Source: Octopus vulgaris
Taxonomy: Eukaryota
Assembly (NCBI GenBank): GCA_951406725.2
Contig: OX597834.1
Coordinates: forward strand, 20,646,001-20,710,000
DNA length: 64,000 bases
Direction: 5' to 3'
In this document: positions 1 to 13,110 of the stretch, piece by piece
How the letters are laid out: the number at the start of each line of letters is the position of its first letter
How positions within the stretch are numbered: position 1 is the first letter of the stretch
Program-made: the position numbers and the translations under genes
The notes under the pieces: model-generated
Seen by the model: the letters and a program-made list of their open reading frames with translations, nothing else
Told to the model about the DNA's origin: nothing
Database searches by the model: none

Positions 1-235
1 GATAACACATGATCAGGTGTGTATATTCCAGGTGTGCTAGGTGAGCACTACACACCCCTCGAAAATGGCAAATTTATTATAAACACTACAAGCTTGGGCA
101 GTAACAGAAATACACAGTCTGAATGTCTAATTATAGTAATATTAATGTGAGTCGTAGCATGGTCAGCATAGCGACATACCCAATGACAACAACCACCATA
201 CACCACTGCACATGACCAATTCAAAACAAACCAAA

Positions 236-400
236 GGTGCAGGAGTGGCTGTGTGGTAAGTAGCTTGCTTACCAACCACATGGTTCTGGGTTCAGTCCCA
301 CTGCGCGGCATCTTGGGCAAGTGTCTTCTGCTATAGCCCTGGGCTGACCAATGCCTTGTGAGTGGATTTGGTAGACGGAAACTGAAAGAAGCCTGTCGTA

Positions 401-461
<61 letters not shown>

Positions 462-684
462 ATATATGTTTGTGTGTCTGTGTTTGTCCCCCTAACATTG
501 CTTGACAACCAATGCTGGTGTGTTTACGTCCCCGTCACTTAGCGGTTCGGCAAAAGAGAATGATAGAATAAGTACTGGGCTTACAAAGAATAAGTCCCAG
601 GGTCGATTTGCTCGACTAAAGGCGGTACTCCAGCATGGCCGCAGTCAAATAACTGAAACAATTAAAAGAGTAAAGAGTAAAGAG
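236..684 (+). mobile_element. tRNA-derived SINE family A (CORE-like body, internal (TA)n/(TG)n tract), near full length
   Basis: A-box TGGCTGTGTGG (246-256), B-box GGTTCAGTCCC (289-299), CORE-like (C/T)CTTGGGCAAGTGTCTT, internal (TA)n, tail ending in GTAAAAGA-type repeats; more than 10 homologous copies in the window. Confidence 0.9.
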
Positions 685-689
685 ATATA

Positions 690-795
690 AGAATTACATT
701 TGACAGAGTAATCTGAATGCTAAACGGTTAAACCAGAAAGTTTTGTACCATAGAACCAGAGGCATTTCCAGATGGAATGATACCAAAATGGTTAA
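690..795. mobile_element. ends of TTAA-bounded MITE-like elements (piggyBac-like termini)
   Basis: ...GAATGCTAAACGGTTAA is the reverse complement of the start of the element at 32175; ...GATACCAAAATGGTTAA matches ends at 52203 and 53553. Confidence 0.45.
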
Positions 796-1015
796 TTACG
801 AAACGCTTCAAAACCAAAATATAATTGGAATCTCTAAATATGTGAGATGACTTATTGTTAATAACCTTATAGTTTTCCAGACAATTAACCTTCGTTAATT
901 TGATCTCTGATTATCATCAGGTATTTGTTTCACACCTGAGCTTCTAGAGCACCTGAGCACTGCATTCATTAAACTCATTATTGTTTCATAGATTTTGTTC
1001 TTGGAGCTTGTATAT

Positions 1016-1533
1016 TTTATCTTTAATTTGTATCAATCATTGGACTGTGGCCATGCAGGGGCACTGTATTGAAGAATTTTAGTAGAATGAATCAAACCCT
1101 AGTTCTTATTATATTTTTTATAAAGCCTGTACTTATTCTATTGATCTCTTTGGCTGAACTGCTAAGTCACAGTGACATAAAAACACCAGTACTGATTGTT
1201 AAGTAGTGATTCTCCTCCTAGTTACAAAATCAGTGACTGATTAAACACTGTGTTTCCTATATATTGCAAGTGATGTAAACTGTTGCCATGCCTGGCAATG
1301 AGTACCCACCACTGAAGAGATCCAATATAAATCGAAACCACGAGTACCCACCACTGAGGAGATTCAATCACAAACACATACACACACACATGATGGGCTT
1401 CCTTTAGTTTCCATCTACTAGATCCATGCACAAGGCTTTAGTCAGCCTAAGGCTACAGTAGAAGACACTTGCCCAAGGTGACTCACTGTGGAACTGAACC
1501 TGGAATCATGTGGTTGGTAAGCAAGCTTCTTGC
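1016..1533 (-). mobile_element. SINE family A, degenerate, interrupted at ~1211-1368
   Basis: Reverse complement of family A tail (1016-1210) and head (1369-1533); the insert carries GAGTACCCACCACTGA twice. Confidence 0.75.
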
Positions 1534-1867
1534 CACACAGCCATTTTTCCATAGGTTCCCTCAACAACCTATATATGCCAGAATTTCCATACTTTAGGGA
1601 GTGTGCAGTGTTGTATGATAAAATTGCAAATATAGAACTGAACACCAAAAATGGCTCAAAGATCAATTTGTATCTAATCATCATATTTATAAGTGTTTGT
1701 CTGTGCGTCTCCAGTGGGCTTGCGTAGAAATGTAGGGCTCTAGGGCAGCATGATTGGGAAATGCTGTCATAGATTTGCTTCCGATATTACTGGAAACTCC
1801 CTTCTCGATATAGCAGATGACACCAAACTTGTATAGTAATATCCCATGATAGTATACACACACACAA

Positions 1868-2492
<625 letters not shown>

Positions 2493-2567
2493 TGTCACAC
2501 AGTGGGACCGAACCCAGAACCATGAGGCTGGTAAGCAAGCTACTTACCACACAGCCACTCCTGCACC

Positions 2568-2598
<31 letters not shown>

Positions 2599-3204
2599 CA
2601 CATGATAGTGTTACTGTGTACAGAATTACATTTAAGTTCTACACATACTTTAGAAAGAGACCAAAATATTAAGCAACTAGGTTTACAAAGAATATGTTCT
2701 GGGGTCGATTTCTTGGACTAAAACCCTTAATGCAATGCTGCAGTACGGTCGCAGCCAGTTGACTGAAACAAGTAAAAGAATAAAAGGATAGTAATAATAA
2801 CAATAGCAATAACAACACAAAAGCAACAACAACATAATAATGATAGTAGTAGTAGCAGTGGTGGTGGTGATGGTGGTGGTGTTGGTGGTAGTGTTTGTGG
2901 GGTGGGGGTCCATTTGTTGCATCATTACCTTTAATGCCTTTCAGATAACTGCTGCCGTTGTTTCATTATTTATGTGATAAGAAATGAAGTGTTGACTATG
3001 AGTTCAGTCACCATGAGTCTCATATGTCTTTGATTGATAATAATGTTGATTAATGACTGATATCGCATAACCTTATATGCTCACTCTCTAACGCTTTAGC
3101 TGGATTTTTCTGTCATTATTGTTATTGCTTTTTTTCCCTCAGAAATTCTACCATGAATGAAATATACTTTTTTATATTTCTTTTTGTTTTTACTTATTTA
3201 TTAA

Positions 3205-3517
3205 TCATCATCATCATTTAGCATCTGCTTTCCATGTTGGCATGGGTTGGACGGTTCAACTGGGGTCTGTGAAGCCAGGAGGCTGCATCAGGCTCAGTCT
3301 GATCTGGCAATGTTTCTACGGCTGGATGCCCTTCCTAACGCCAACCACTCCGTGAGTGTAGTGGGTGCTTTTTACATGCCACCGGCACAGGTGCGAGATG
3401 GTGCTGGCAATGGCTACGATCGGATAGTGCTTTTTACATGCCACCGGCACGGGGGCCAGGCGAGGCTGGCAATGGCCACAATCGGATGGTGCTTTTTACG
3501 TGCCACCGGCACAGAGG
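3205..3517 (-). mobile_element. 5'-truncated RTE LINE 3' end (family C)
   Basis: (CAT)n tail, GGATGCCCTTCCTAACGCCAACCACTCC and GTGCTTTTTACRTGCCACCGGCAC repeats; matches the 3' UTR of the RT-bearing copy at 55415-56941. Confidence 0.85.
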
Positions 3518-3952
3518 CCCGTATTAATTAGAAACTGGGTTTTTTTAAAGTGGGGCAGGTGAGAGCTCTGTATTTTGTGCGGTTGAGAAGTTTTCTTCAA
3601 AACCACATGGTTTTGGTTTCAGTCCCATTCTGTGGCATCTTGAGCAAATGTTGTCTACTATAACCCGAAACCAACCAAAAGCAACACAAGATTTGGTAGA
3701 TGGAAACAGAAAGAAGCCCATCGTGTGTCTGTGTGTCATTGTCTCACAAATGGTGTTACTTATTTCAAGTTTTCTGTGTAAAAATGTCTGGCTGTGAAGA
3801 AATATTACCCGGTCCAGGAATTGAAACTGTGATCCTGTGATTGTGAATGCAACATCCTCACCACTGGGCCACAATGCCTTCACCATTTATATAAACATCT
3901 GGAGAACATCATTTGTAATTCTTTGCTTGCATCACTAATTCAAAGAACATGA

Positions 3953-4490
3953 GGATGGTGATTGCAGTGGTGGTCGTGGTGGTGGCTGCAGCGATGATGC
4001 AGTAATGGTGGTGATGGTGGTAGTGGCCGTTGTCTTGAAAATGGTACTGGTGATGGTTGTGGTGGTGGTGATGGTAGTGGTTGTCATCGTCGTTATGATG
4101 GTAATGGTGGTGGTGGTGGTTGTCATCATCGTCGTCATGATGGCAATGGCCGTGGTGGTGGTCATGGTGGTGATGGTAAGGGTGGTGGTGGTTGTCGTCA
4201 TTGTGGTGGTGGTGGTAGTGTTGGTGGTGATGGTAATGATTGTGGTGATGATGGTAGTGGTAGTGATGATGGTAGTAGTGATGGTAGTGGTGGTGACGAT
4301 AGTGGTTGTAGTGATGGTGGGGTGCTGGTGGTAGTGGTGGTTGTGCTGCTGATGGTGATGGTAACAGAGGTGATATTAATGATGATCATGATAATGATCA
4401 TTATCAGGATGGTTGCTGTGAAGGTGGTAGTGGCCATAACAGTCATGAATATGAGGATGTTAATGATGATTGTAATAGTAGTGGTGGTAG
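3953..4490. repeat. degenerate (GGT)n/(GAT)n trinucleotide array
   Basis: Direct reading; gives the poly-V and poly-T ORFs. Confidence 0.9.
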
Positions 4491-4550
4491 GGTGTAGGTC
4501 TTTCTGCTTGTTCTTCCTGTGAATCACCTGTGTTCTCTGTCTCTACTGTT

Positions 4551-5385
4551 ATAATAATAATAATAATAATAATAATAATTGTGTACAGTGCTCAGGTGCA
4601 CTACAACTCATCTAAAGTGTATATATAATCAGGTGTAGTTTCGGCGGATTTCGGAAAGCATGAGGGCCTTAAAGGATGCAGTGTCATGGCAGTCAACAAC
4701 TGACGCAGGCAGTTTATTCCATGCTTCAGCAACTCTGAGCGTGAAAAAATGTTTCCGAAAGTCATGGAAGCTGTGTTGTTTTCTGATTTTGTAGGCATGT
4801 CCACGTGTGTTAGACACATGGAGATCAAAAAGGTGTTCAGTGTTGTTGTTGGTGAGGTGGTTGATAACCTTGTGGGTGTTTACCAAGTCCGTCGCCAGAC
4901 GCCGGAGCTTCAGTGAATCCATGCCCAGGGAAACAAGGCACTCAGAATATGGTAGGTGTCTGATGGAGGGTATGCGTTTGGTTGCACGTCTCTGGACAGA
5001 TTCCAGGAGGTCAATGTTCTGAGCAAGATAGGGATTCCAAACTGATGATGCGAATTCCAAGTGTGGTCGTACCATAGCTGTATACAGTTTTAAATAGTCT
5101 TGCTGAGTGATGCCAAGACACCCTCGGCCTTCTTGACAATTTTAGAGATATGCTTTGTCCAACGCAAATCACTGCTGACAGTGATGCCTAGGTCACGCTC
5201 GCAAGAGGATTTCTTGATATCAGTGTTGTGGAGGGAGTATGTGGACGCAGGGTTTTTTCTCCCAAAATGCATGGTGGTACACTTGTCCACAGCCAGTTTC
5301 AGTTGCCAGTCTGTGATCCATTGCTGCATTGTGTCTAGGTCTGATTGTAGGAAAGAGTTGTAGACATCAGGATCAGTCCTCTTGA
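4551..5385 (-). pseudogene. CR1-clade LINE, 5'-truncated: RT C-terminal region with a frameshift near 5090, short 3' UTR and (TTA)n tail
   Basis: ORFs 5090-5422 (LQSDLDTMQQW..WQL...KC..MHFGRKN..ERDLGITV) and 4629-5075 (VRPHLEFASSVWNPY..LESVQRRATK..TRGH..FFTLRVAEAWNKLP) are typical CR1 ORF2 motifs. Confidence 0.9.
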
Positions 5386-5767
5386 TTACCCACAAGGGGC
5401 TAAACATAGAGGGGACAAACAAGGACAGACAAACGAATTAAGTCGATTACATCGATCCCTTGTGCATAACTGGTACTTAATTTATTGAACCTCGAAAGGA
5501 CGAAAGGCAAAGTCGACCCCGGCAGAATTTGAACTCAGAACGTAGCGGCAGACAAAATACGGCTACGCATTTCACCCAGCGTGTTTTTAAATGGATTGAG
5601 TCGATTATATCGACCCCAGTGCTTAACTGGTACTTATTTAATCGACCCCGAAAGGATGAAAGGCAAAGTTGACCTCAGCGAAATTTGAACTCAGAGCGTA
5701 GCGGCAGATGAAATACCGCAATGCATTTTGCCCAGCGTGCTAACGTTTCTGCCAGCCTGTTGCCTTA
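5385..5767 (-). mobile_element. two tandem copies of SINE family B (Meta-domain-like)
   Basis: Reverse complement of the GTCGACTTTGCCTTTCATCCTTTCGGGGTCGAT..AAGTACCAG core; first copy carries tail type ii (GCCCCTTGTGGGTAAT). Confidence 0.85.
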
Positions 5768-6156
5768 TACTGTTATATATTCCAACAGCACACCTGTTGA
5801 TTCCTGTACCTTTGCTACTTCACACTTAATCATATCATTTACCATTTTTTCTTTCTTTTTTTTTTCTGATTGATATGATACCTAACTCAACTTTAATCTG
5901 CAAATAGATTAAAAATAAAATGATATATGAGACTGATGCTCAAGGCTAAAGATACCAAGGTGTATGTATATAAATATTTTAAAATTATATTTCCTTTGAA
6001 AGAGAAAGATGGTGAAATTTATACTGCTTGTATAGTCAAGTTGTTGTGAAGGCTTTGTGAGGTTTTGGAGAGTTAAAATAGCTCTTAGAATATGTAATTA
6101 ACAATATGTGTGTGTGTGTATAAATATGTATGTATATATACACATATACACAAACA

Positions 6157-6203
<47 letters not shown>

Positions 6204-6292
6204 ACATGCACATACCTGTATATATATAAATGCATATATAATGATATAAAGTTATCTATTAAACTAATATTATAAAGTAAGCCACTGAATTT

Positions 6293-6377
6293 CTAATTAT
6301 TTTCTTTCTATTTTCAGGTAAATACCTTTTCAAATTAAATTGAATTTTAATCCACTGAACTGCATCTGAAGGTAAAC
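6293..6377 (+). other. candidate 3' splice site with an immediately reconstituted 5' site, and a 54-nt non-coding exon (6318-6371)
   Basis: CTAAT branch point 6293-6297, pyrimidine tract, CAG|GTAAAT at 6317/6318, downstream AAG|GTAAAC at 6371/6372; stops in all three frames. Confidence 0.4.
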
Positions 6378-7180
6378 TTTGAGGAATTTTGTAATAAATT
6401 TTACACTTTACAGGTTTCAATGAGTTACTTTATGGCTTCTGAAAGAACTTTTGCCATTTCAATGTGCTTCACAGTGTTTTCGACCAAACCAGAATACATA
6501 CTTGCATACACACACAGACACATGCACAGACACACACACATGTGCAGACACACACACATGTGCAGACACACACACATGTGCAGACACACATATACAGAGA
6601 AATTCAAAAAATACTACCAATTTTATGTTGACAGTCATCGTAATATAGAGGTCATTTTACTATCTTTCTGTAAATTTGTGTGTGTGTGTGTACGTGTGTG
6701 TGTGTGCATGTGTGTGTGTGTGCGTGTGTGTGTGTGTGTTTCTCGATGTGTGCATATGTATATTTAAGCATATATTTGACTGTGTGTATGTGTGTTGAAT
6801 ACATGTATGTATATACATATTTTTTATACATTATTATACTTTTGTGTGTGTGTGCGCATATATATATAAAAATATTAACAAGTGAAACTAATTAGTACAT
6901 AGGTAATGGTTTTTTTTATTTCGTATATTTTCATTTGTCTTGCTTATTTTTGCACTTTGGCTTTTTGCTGAATTTTTTCTTGGGAACACACTCTTCGTGG
7001 AAAATGGCGATTTTGACGTCTATATCTAGCATATAGGCTGTCCATTTTTTTTAGTGGTCAGTCCTCCAAATTTTGTATGTAAAAAAATGTTTAATCATTG
7101 GATTTTTTAAAAATATGCTAGGCCACTGGTTTTAATTGATTAATATCAATTTCTACCCTTATTTAAATTTTATATATATA

Positions 7181-7528
7181 TCTTTTACACTTTTACTTGT
7201 TTCACTCATTTGACTGTGGCCATGCTGGAGCACCGCCTTTAGTTGATCAAATCGACTCCAGGACTTGTTCTTTGTAAGCCTAGTACTTATTCTATCGGTC
7301 TCTTTTGCCGAACCGCTTAATTACGGGGACGTAAACACACCAGCATCGTTATCAAGTGATGTTGGGGGGACAAACACAGACACACAAACACACACACACA
7401 CACATATATATATGATGGGCTTCTTCCAGTTTCCGTCTACCAAATCCACTCGCAAGGCTTTGGTCAGCCTGAGGCTATAGTAGAAGACACTTGCCCAAGG
7501 TGCCACACAGTGGGACTGAACCCGGAAC
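7181..7528 (-). mobile_element. SINE family A, head truncated
   Basis: High similarity to the reverse complement of 236-684. Confidence 0.9.
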
Positions 7529-7722
7529 CCTGTGCTACTCTGGGAAATTTGTATCAGCCCCTTTGCCTTTCCCTTGGATAACATCAGTAGCATGGAAAGG
7601 GGTGGCTTGTATGCATGGGTGACAGCTAGTCTTCCATCAACAACCTTGCCCAGACTTGTGCCATGGAGGGGAACTTTCTAGGTGCAATCACATGGTCATT
7701 CATGACCGAAGGGGCTCTTCAC

Positions 7723-7758
<36 letters not shown>

Positions 7759-8961
7759 TTATATAGACACACACGCACACACACATATATATATACACAC
7801 TGTAAACTCGATTTCAACTGTAAAAAACTGGGACATGACTTAAAATCCAGAGCAGAATTGGTTTCGAGTTTTAACATGAAGGAATGGCGATGGTGACTGT
7901 GGTGGTGATAATGATGGTGATGATGTTTTGTATGATAATTTGGCAATTCTTATCTTTTACACCTTCTCCCCAGTTTCCTCAAGAAACTCCCACCAGTAAA
8001 AAAGTAACTGCTCTCAATATACATCTCCATCTTTTAGCCATTATAATTTCATCTTCCATTAAAAGGAAAAAGCTTCAAGCACTCACTTCAACCATTTTAA
8101 TTCAAATTTTGCCATTTTTCTTCCATGTTCTTTTCTTTTCTTAATAAATCACAAAAAAGGGGACATTGAAAAAATCTGTAAAAAAAATTCATAATGACTG
8201 CACGACTCCCTCTTAATCTGTTGTTTTCTTAATCCAAATTTGCGGTCAGGGTCTAGTTTAGCGTTTGTTTTATTCATTTTAGTGTCTTTTTCAATCCATT
8301 CTTGATGAAAAAAAATAACGATTTTCTTCCTTTCTTTAATTCCTTTGATTTTCATTGAAATACAAAAAACAAGCAAAAAAATACAAGAAAACTATAAACA
8401 CAAAAGAAATTTGAAAAAAAATGCGAAAGGAAAAAATTGAAAGGAGAAAGAAGGAAAATGAGAAAAAAAATAAGAAAAATATTGGAGAGAAAATCTCCAA
8501 GGCACACTAATTTTACCTTTTACTTCCATTTTTTACCTGTTTTTTTTTTTAGGTTAAATTATATTTTTTTGCAGAACCAAATTAGCAACACCAAAAATAT
8601 TGATAGCAAACTCTCTTGATCCTATCATGACAAATTAACAGTTTTAAAACATTGTGGATTTGATCGCTGCAGGCTGCAGAACGTTACAGCTTAAAACAAT
8701 CAATTTAATCAATGATGCTAGCCACAAACCGCTTTACGTTTCCAAAGCATCGTTACTCTTTGAATAAGAACAAAGAATTGCTAATTTACACTTCATTAAA
8801 TTAGATTAATTCTTTAAAAGGATGCTAAAAACGAAGAAAAAAAAATCAATAAATCTTTGTTTATTTAAAAAAACTTTTTCTATATCTGTGCAGAGTGCAA
8901 TGTCCAAGTGCATTTTTTTATATATGAGCAGGGAGTGTATAACTTTATATAAATTTGTATG

Positions 8962-9004
<43 letters not shown>

Positions 9005-9016
9005 ATAAATATATAT

Positions 9017-9222
9017 CATGTTGATTCGCTAGCCTCTGCACGCATTTTTTTTCTCTCCTTGTTTCTTTCTGTTTCTTTTCTGTGTATCTTTCTGTTGAAG
9101 AGCGTAGGCTCGAAACATAAAAGACTTGTTTTATTTATATTCCTGAGCACCATACTAATACAATTGTTTGTTTGTATTCCACCTGCCTTCGTTTTTTGTT
9201 TATTTTCATAAAGCTTCCCGTT
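9017..9222 (+). mobile_element. Penelope-LTR-like short element (family H1) with hammerhead-like motif at 9087-9124
   Basis: TCTTT-CTGTTGA-A-GAGC(GTAG)GCTC-GAAA-CAT-A-AAAGA; homologous to 30256-30468 and 23349-23505; TA runs on both sides. Confidence 0.65.
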
Positions 9223-9281
9223 ATATATATATATACATACATACATGTATGTTTACATTATATATGCATGTATGTATATAT

Positions 9282-9664
9282 GTGGAGGTGCAATAGCCCA
9301 GTGGTTAGGGCAGCGGACTCATGGTCGTAGGATCACAGTTTCGATTCCCAGATTAGACATTGTGAGTGTTTATTGAGTGAAAACACCTAAACCTCCACTA
9401 GGCTTTGGCAGAGGGTGGTGGCGGACCCTACTGTATTCTTTCACCACAACTTTCTCTCATTCTTTCTTCCTATTTCTGTTGTACCTGTATTGCAAAAGGC
9501 CAGCCCTGTCACACTCTGTGTCATGCTGAATCTCCCCAAGAACTACGTTAAGGGCACATTTGTCTGTGGAGTGCTCAGCCACTTGCACGTTTATTTCATG
9601 AGCAGGCTGTTCTGTTGATCGGATCAACTGAAATCCTCGTCGTCATAACTGATGGAGTGCCACG
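9282..9664 (+). mobile_element. tRNA-derived SINE family E with tail E1
   Basis: A-box TAGCCCAGTGG, B-box GTTTCGATTCC; body shared with 10364-10652, tail shared with 17080-17392 and 29617-29890. Confidence 0.8.
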
Positions 9665-9691
9665 TTATGTGTGTGCGTGTGTGTATGTATA

Positions 9692-9820
9692 TCACCTTGA
9701 CCGACCAGTTCGTCAGGTGTCCATTTGACACCACTGGTCACAGCACGCTGTCCACTACTCTCTGGATCTCAGCACGCTGTCCACTCCTCCCTGGTCACAG
9801 CACATTGTCCACTCCACTCT
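9692..9820 (-). mobile_element. 3' end related to SINE tail E2, with three ~28-bp tandem repeats
   Basis: TCACCTTGACCGACCAG..CTGGTCACA resembles 10364-10412; CTGGTCACAGCACGCTGTCCACT-like unit three times. Confidence 0.5.
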
Positions 9821-9860
9821 GAAGAACATGTATATATATATATGCCTTTTATACATATAT

Positions 9861-10332
9861 ATAATGATAATAATTTCTTAAGTAACCAGAAGATGGATTT
9901 AGTATTAATCTTTATTTTGTACAACACTCGTTTTGTTCCATCATGCTACTGCCCCTTATGGGTGGGACTCTGTTCAACATGTGTTGCATCCATTCTGCAG
10001 CCTGGGCCTCATCAGATGTGTCCATACAGAAAGTTGTATCTTGCTAAAGATCCTGAGTTTATGGATGCAAATGGATGCAACACAACATAAGAGAAAATAG
10101 CAGGATAGGTCAAAATGACCATTGTACAAAATAAAAATTAATACCAAATCCATCTTCTGGCTACTGAAGAAATTATTATCATTATCTCAACTAACAGAGC
10201 GGAGTTCCTGAAGTAGATCCAATGGAAATATACTCTGACTGCGGATGACACCAGATAGCCCGAAACTGTATCAGTGCTTTACTCAACAGATTAACACACT
10301 AATTGACATATACACATTGGTGTAAAATATTA

Positions 10333-10337
<5 letters not shown>
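9861..10337. mobile_element. (TA)n-flanked element with 64-bp inverted arms (9861-9924 / 10122-10185) and hammerhead-like motif at 10235-10274
   Basis: Arms differ at about 4 of 64 positions; CTGA-CTGCGGA-TGAC..GCCC-GAAA-C-T-GTA-TCAG. Confidence 0.55.
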
Positions 10338-10363
<26 letters not shown>

Positions 10364-10366
<3 letters not shown>

Positions 10367-10650
10367 CGTGACTGACCACACTATCAGATGTTGCTACACA
10401 TCACTGGTCACAATGCGCTTTGCATTGTTTTAGCCTTCAAATGTCGCCACCCTGCTGACTAAGCAAGCCGACAGAAGAAAGAGTGAGAGAAAGTTGTGGC
10501 GAAAGAGTATAACAGGGATCGTCACCACCCCCTGCCTGAGCTTCGTGGAGCTTTGGGTGTTTTCGCTCAATAAACACTCACAACGCCCGGTCTGGGAATC
10601 AAAACCACGATCCTACGACCGTGAGTCCGCTGCCCTAACCACTGGGCCTC

Positions 10651-10652
<2 letters not shown>
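10364..10652 (-). mobile_element. SINE family E with tail E2
   Basis: Head and body match 9282-9470 in reverse; 3' part unrelated to tail E1. Confidence 0.8.
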
Positions 10653-10704
<52 letters not shown>

Positions 10705-11487
10705 TACATACATACACACACACTCAGGTTTTGAGTTCTACTTTGCTGTTTCCATCACTATATGTAGGTATGTATGTTTGTATGTGTGTGTGCATGTATG
10801 TATGTGTATATATGTATGTGTGTATGCATGTATGTATGTATGTGTGGGTGTGTGTGTGTTTGCATGTATATATGTACATAATAAGTGTGCATGTGTGTCA
10901 GCTTGATTGTAATGTGTGTGTGTGTGTATGTGTGTTTGTTTACACTTTTGAAAACAATTTTGTGTCAATACTTATGTGAATGTTTATATAATGAGCTTAG
11001 ATTTGTATAAGGGAAGAATGCAGAAATGTGAACTCTTGCATCCCACCCCTGGTTGGATATATATATATACACGCAATGAGTCGAAACAGGGGCAGCTGAA
11101 GAAGGGGAATGTTCCCTCTGTTGTTTGTCTTGTACTCTGTTTTTTCGTTGTTAAAAAAAGTCCGTTTCCTTGTTTTGTTTCTGCTGCTTTCATTTCTCGT
11201 TGTGTTCTACGTTTATTTGTGGTGTCCTGTACTCATATATGCATATATATATACATATAGATGTAGGTATGTACATATATGTATGTATGTTTTATTTATT
11301 AAATTGTTATATATATATATATATATACTCACACACAATCACACGTACGCACACACTCTCTCTCTCTCTCTCACACACACACACAAATATATGCATTATA
11401 TCTACAGACACATACAGCCAATCATACATGTGTTTGCATGCATGAAATAAACATATATAAAGATATACAGATATGTGTGTATATATA

Positions 11488-11537
<50 letters not shown>

Positions 11538-11921
11538 TGTGTGTGTGTGTCGCACACATGTACATACAGTGACAAAACTGCTCACAGAGATTTTGTGTAT
11601 GTTTTTGTTTCTAGTTCTTAATACAAAGTGGGAAGGTTTAATATTAATTAGAACCATAAACAATTAATCTTCCTAATTTATCTCTTTGTGTGTGTGTGTG
11701 TGTGTGTGTATTTGTGTCTATGGTTATCTCTTCCTCCGTGTCTGCACATCAATGTCTGTGTGTGAGATTTAGTGTTGCAAATTGAACATTAATGTAAAGT
11801 AGTTAATTCTCTTTCATTTATTTCTGCCTATTGGAATGTGAGCATGTGTACTAATGTGTCTGTGTTTGGGTGTGTGCATATTATATACGTAAGTGCTTTA
11901 TATATATATTGTGTGTGTGTG

Positions 11922-11993
<72 letters not shown>

Positions 11994-12156
11994 TATATAT
12001 ATATATATATATACATACATCTATATATATATCATTTAGCGTATACACATACATCTATATATATATATATATATACACATACATCTATATATATATATAT
12101 ATATATACATACATCTATATATATATATTTATAAGCACCTAAATACATGCAAATGA

Positions 12157-12196
<40 letters not shown>

Positions 12197-12240
12197 ACAC
12201 ATGTATATACTGACTGTATGTGTGTATACATATTTCATTG

Positions 12241-12550
12241 TCATCATCATTATCATCGTTTAACGTCCACTTTCCATGCTGGCATGGGTTGGACGGTTTG
12301 ACTGAGGACTGGCGAGCCAGATGGCAGCACCAGGCTCCAATCTTGATCTGGTAGAGTTTTTACATTTGGATGCACTTCCTAATACCAATCACTCCCAGGG
12401 TGTAGTGGGTGCTTTTACGTGCCACCGGCACAAGTGCCAGTAAGGCAACACTGGTAACAGTCATGCTTGAATGGTGCTTTTTACGCACCACCGGCATGGG
12501 ATCCAGTCAGCAGCCCTGGCAATGATCACACTCTGATGGTGCTCTTAGCA
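12241..12550 (-). mobile_element. RTE 3' end (family C variant)
   Basis: (CAT)n-CGTTTAACGTCC..CCATGCTGGCATGGGTTGGACGG. Confidence 0.8.
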
Positions 12551-12734
12551 TTCCACTTGCACGGATGTTCTACTGTTGGTCTTGTTGTTATAATTGTGGC
12601 CTGCGTTAGTATTCTTTCATTGGCTTGGGTTGTCATTCACCCATTACCATTATGTGGTTTTGGAGGATTTTGCTCATCCTAGGATCCATTTTCAGTAACA
12701 GGTGTTATGGAACATGATACTGTAGGTATCCTGT

Positions 12735-13110
12735 AGGTGGTAGTGGTGGTGGTGGTGGTGGTGGTGGTGGTGGTGGTGGTGGCAGTGATGGCAGTAGTAG
12801 TGGTGGTAGTGGTGGTGGTGGTGGTAGCAGTGACGGCGGTAGTAGTGGTGGTGGTGATGGTGGTGGTGGTGGTAGCAGTGATGGCGGTAATAGTGGTGGT
12901 GGTGGTGGTAGCAGTGATGGCAGTAGTGGTGGTGGTGGTGGTGGTGGTAGCAGTGATGGCAGTAGTGGTGGTGGTGGTGGTGGTGGTGGTAGCAGTGATG
13001 GCAGTGGTGGTGGTGGTGGTGGTGGTGGTAGCAGTGATGGCGGTAGTAGTGGTGGTGGTGGTGGTGGTAGCAGTGATGGCAGTAGTACTAGCGGTGGTGG
13101 TGGTGGTGGT
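12735..13110. repeat. (GGT)n array punctuated by recurring GCAGTGATGGC units
   Basis: Direct reading; higher-order period of roughly 39-45 bp. Confidence 0.9.

Noticed and set aside
236-300. tRNA genes at SINE heads
   Set aside because: A and B boxes are present but there is no acceptor stem or terminator; they continue into SINE bodies.
6880-7130. Possible hAT-like DNA transposon end (minus strand CCAGTGGCCTAGC)
   Set aside because: Single terminus, no partner TIR, TSD or second copy visible.
11071-11260. GAAAC..CTGAAGAAGGGG in a TA-flanked segment as a hammerhead
   Set aside because: No NUH triplet or pairable stems in any permutation; may be a repeat but I cannot support a ribozyme.
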